A stretch of DNA of 64,000 nt, from assembly GCA_012026655.1 (NCBI GenBank), contig JAAILG010001559.1, positions 1-64,000 of the forward strand, read 5' to 3'. The stretch is from Hydrolagus affinis (taxonomy: Eukaryota). Positions 60,101 to 64,000 of the stretch are shown here, in pieces (position 1 is the first letter of the stretch; each line of letters begins with the position of its first letter). A program made the position numbers and the translations under genes. The notes under the pieces are model-generated. The model saw only the letters and a list, made by a program, of their open reading frames with translations, did no database searches and was not told where the DNA came from.

Positions 60101-63100
60101 CGGAATTCCAGCAGAATCCTACATTTTATTAGAATCCTTGGCAATAATGCAATCTGACCAGATTATAAAGTCTACATTTTTAAGTTTTAAAGTCAAGAAA
60201 CCTGTCTCAGGCGAGGGCTTTTATATAAAATTACTAGCGCAGCCAGGGGTGGGTAAAGATTAAGGGTCCCCTTTGTCCTTCAAGACAATCTAAAATTACC
60301 ACAAGTTCTAGGACATTGAACCGAACGTTACGTTTATCTTGGGTTTTAACACCGTTTTTAGCCAATCATTGTTTCTCAGGGATGAGCCTGTGCCCTGTGC
60401 TGTAATTGATCAAAAAGCCCACACAGGTTCCTAAGCTCCTGCTTCATCAAAGGTAGTGGTGACTCCATCCCTTTAAGCAGTAAGCAATACAGTGCTTCAT
60501 CTGCTGCAGTAAGCTTTTAGTGGAAGAGAATATCTTAAATAATTTAACCACAATTTGCCAAGATGCAAGTCTACTGATAAGAGCAAATAGGCTGCATTAG
60601 GAAACCACTTAATGTTTTTTTGGGGGGTGGAGGGGGGGGAGGAATGGGGAGGGATTCAGTACTTGCTAATTGCTTCTGACCGCCAGGAAAACACTCCCCA
60701 GATATGAATGTATTGTAGTAGTGTCGGGCAGACAATCTAAACCTAGACACTGGAGTTTTAGCCACCCAGCCATTCCAGAGACAAGGTGAGTTCCCGTTTC
60801 TCTACTTAAGAAGGACAGTTAATACATGCTGTAGATGCTGCGGTGAATTAATTTTCACGAGTTAGAAATTTAAAAACTATTAAGTTTATGGTATTTTGGA
60901 TGCCGTTTCGATCTATTTTCTAGAGTAAAAGCCACTGAATTTTCCTGAAGAACAATAAAATACAAACAGGAGCATTGCTATTGTTCAGAAAGATGAGTGA
61001 GATTTGTTCTGTAGATGCTGTTTATGCTAAGAATAAAACTATTGTTTATGATTTCTGTGAGACTTTAATCTATTGTGAAAGTAAAGCAGCTGCTGGGAAG
61101 GCTTACTTTGTGTCGGGCGTTATGCTCTGATTTAGGACGGAGCTATTTTCATAACAAAATTGATGACTTTCAACAGCTTCGTTCCCAAGGAAGGTGTGTC
61201 TATAAAAAGAAACGTCTGTAATACAAGTAGAAAAATATGTAACGAGAAACTTAAATTGAAGCTGCAATTTCAAACCTCTTTGGCGCAGCATTTAGACATG
61301 ATCGGGGCTGAGATTCTGTGACTTGTCAGAAGCGAGTTTAACAAAAACCTCTCAACACTAACAAACCCTCCCAACAGTTTGAGAAAACTTAACTCAGAAT
61401 TTAACAAAAGCTGAAAAATTGAACACAACCTCCCAACGTTACCAGCTAGCTGCTGATAGGCCATAACAATGTTTCTTTCAGCTGTATATTATCGCATCCA
61501 TTGTCGAGCTCTGCAGCTTCTTCTGCCAACAGCCAAGGATTACTTTAAGAGTGGTTTGTTTCATAGAAAGCATTAATGGGAGTACGGGTCTCAATAACGC
61601 TACGTATGTGGAGATCTGAGATTGTTTTGATTCTTCCAGCCCTTGCCTTTCCGTATATCATTTACACCCAGGTAATTATAATGGGTGTGTGTCCGCTCCC
61701 TCCCGACCTTAAAGAGAGAGCAGCGATTCTATTATAAATTGAACTCCCTCTCCCCGATTCATTTCAAGCTGCAGACTTCTTTTGGGCTCATTCAGACATC
61801 ATACTGTCCATAACCCCCTCAATAAATAGTTTGGCAACATTTTAAATTGAGGAAAAGAATGAAATAGCATCGTCAGGCAGTACTGTGTGTGATTGCTTTA
61901 AAGGGTTCAGAAACTAATTCCTTAGGTGTTTTAATGTGGAGTATTTTACTCATTTCACTAGGAATTGTTTTTTTTCCCAAAACAGCTTAGAATCTAAGTT
62001 CCAATTTCTCTTTCTTAACCTTTGCTTTTTGGGTGGTTGGTGGTTCAGATCATTGTTGCCAAATTTGTCTCCAAATTCGTTTGTTTAACCATCTGTGCAT
62101 CATTAATTTATAAACAGCTGTGTAGAAAGGGTGAAAGAAAGCTGAGACAGTCACAGCAACATGAACATATTACATTTGTATAGCGCCTTTAACACCGGGA
62201 GGACATCCCAAAGCACTAACCGAGAAAGAGAGGATTCTCTCACAGGTTCTGTTAATATTTGGGCCAAATTCACAATAATATTTCAGGAGGGAGATTTGTT
62301 ATAACGAAAGCTCCAGAGGCCTAAAATTCTTCGAGACTATTAGCCTTGCTGCCAGTGTTCCTAAATGAGATTACACAGAACTATTGGGAAATCCTTCAAT
62401 TTGGTCTTTATTTAGAAGCCGGGCGTTAAAATAAAACTACTGAAACAGTTTTTGTAAATTAAAATATTTCTAAGAGTTTGTTGAAATCTGCACAATCAAT
62501 CTTAACTTTCGAAGATGCTGATTTTAACATTGACACCATCAGAGCACTTAGCCCTCGGAGGTTTGAAGCTATCACCAGGTTCCATCTGATTCTGAAGTTA
62601 AATAACTTGGGTTTTGAGTGCTCCTTTCTTCCTCTCCCACCCGAGTTATAGCTGGAGTTTGACTTTGCCTGTTTCTCCAACTGTTCTCCCCAAGAACTGA
62701 TCTGATTTTCGAAAGGAGAAAATGCTGAAGTCAGTTTGGGGAACGCGTCTGGCCCAGTTGCCCCCAAACCCCTAAAAGTTCTAAGTGACTGATCGAGGGG
62801 AATATTTTGTAAAGTGCTGTATCTACTAAATTATCTGCTCAATTATAAAGTGTGGGATGTTACCAACCTGGTGGGAGAACCCGACCGAGCAATGTCATAG
62901 CCCCTTGAAGACCCACTTCTGCCAGTTATTAGGAAACCACTCAACCTGTGTGTGAGCAAGGGATTGAGGCCAGTGTTGGTGGGGATTGGCATTCCAGTCT
63001 CTGCTGAATGCCTATCCAGAAGCATCATTGATTTTTAAAATTCATTACTGCAGTGTAGGAGAAATCTAAAGTGACTTTGGTGGGTTGACTGAAGGAGAGA

Positions 63101-63234
63101 GATTGTTAAGCTTATAGTCGTGTAATCCCCCTGTGCAGCGCCTTGGGACGTCCTCCCGACGTGAAAGGCGCTCTATAAATGTAATTTGTTGTTGTTGTTG
63201 TTGTAATAACGCCTCCCTTCAAAAACAGTTAGCA

Positions 63235-64000
63235 GCAACAACAAAAGTTTAAACTTGTATACAGTAGTGACTTTCGCATTTGGAAAATGTACCAAAGCAC
63301 TTTACAAAGACTGAGCTGGATTCTGAGCTGGGAGGGAGATAGGACGAATGGTGGGAGGCTGATAGATGGGTTTTGAGGACTAAGCAGGAGGAGCTACGGA
63401 AGAATATTTGGGAAGGTTGGGGGCAAAGTGGCTGGAAGCTCAGCCACCACTGATAGTGGGGCAGAAAGGGAGAGGGCATGATGTAGGCCAGGGTTGGCAG
63501 AGGGATATAATCTGCCATTAGATTAATGGCAGTGGGGTGTGGGGCAAGACCACAAATGAGGCATTTAAAAAGTTACCTGGTGCGGGGAAGAATAAGGCAG
63601 TGGGATTCTGGATGTTCTGGAGCTTGTTGAAGCTGGAGTTTCCAATGCCTTGCCTCTCAGGCAAGGTATTGGAAATGTCATGTCTGGCATGACGAGGGTA
63701 TAGCTGAAGATTTCAATGTGAGGGTGGGGAGAGAGAGAGAAAGTTAATGACAAAAGTGGAGGATAGAGGTAGCAGCAGAGGTGGGCAATGTTGTGTAGGT
63801 GGAGGAAAGTGAATTTGATCAGAGTCAATAGTAAAAGTTTGAAGGAGAGTTGAAGGTGGGGTGAGTGATTGGGGAGGTTGATACAGTCGCTGAGGCCTCA
63901 CTGGAGTGAGGAGGCGCTGACAGGAGACTAGAGCCTTAGTTTCATCGACAGTGAGTTGGAGAAAGTTTGGGCTCTTCCATACTTAAATGGAAAAGTCGTT
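63235..64000 (-). mobile_element. Degenerate L2 3' portion running off the window
   Basis: FLQLTVDETKAL, FLHLHNIAHL and LQLNKLQNIQN-type remnants plus L2 tail. Confidence 0.75.

Overview
Eukaryotic, repeat-rich vertebrate DNA, most likely a cartilaginous fish (inferred from Deu-domain SINEs and shark-type CR1/L2 tails). Three genes are recognisable. (1) Intronless FAM43B on the minus strand (9185-10207, 340 aa). (2) A complete six-coding-exon PARK7/DJ-1 on the plus strand (12204-17657, 189 aa), head-to-head with FAM43B. (3) The 5' part of KCNAB2 (Kv-beta2): putative CpG-island promoter at about 18.5-19.0 kb, first coding exon 51980-52056, 42-nt exon 55612-55653, with the remainder beyond the window. 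The rest is intron or intergenic sequence with more than 25 copies of a tRNA-derived SINE, older Deu SINEs, CR1 and L2 fragments, TA-flanked Tigger-like MITEs, microsatellites and a 100-N gap. I see no convincing new multi-gene system. The best leads are a decayed tandem copy of the last PARK7 exon, a first-exon-like CpG patch antisense within the FAM43B 3' UTR, a TISU-type PARK7 start, a SINE that appears to combine CORE-like and Deu domains, and an unclassified long-TIR element. Family names come from recall of known sequences, not database searches. Repeat boundaries are approximate.
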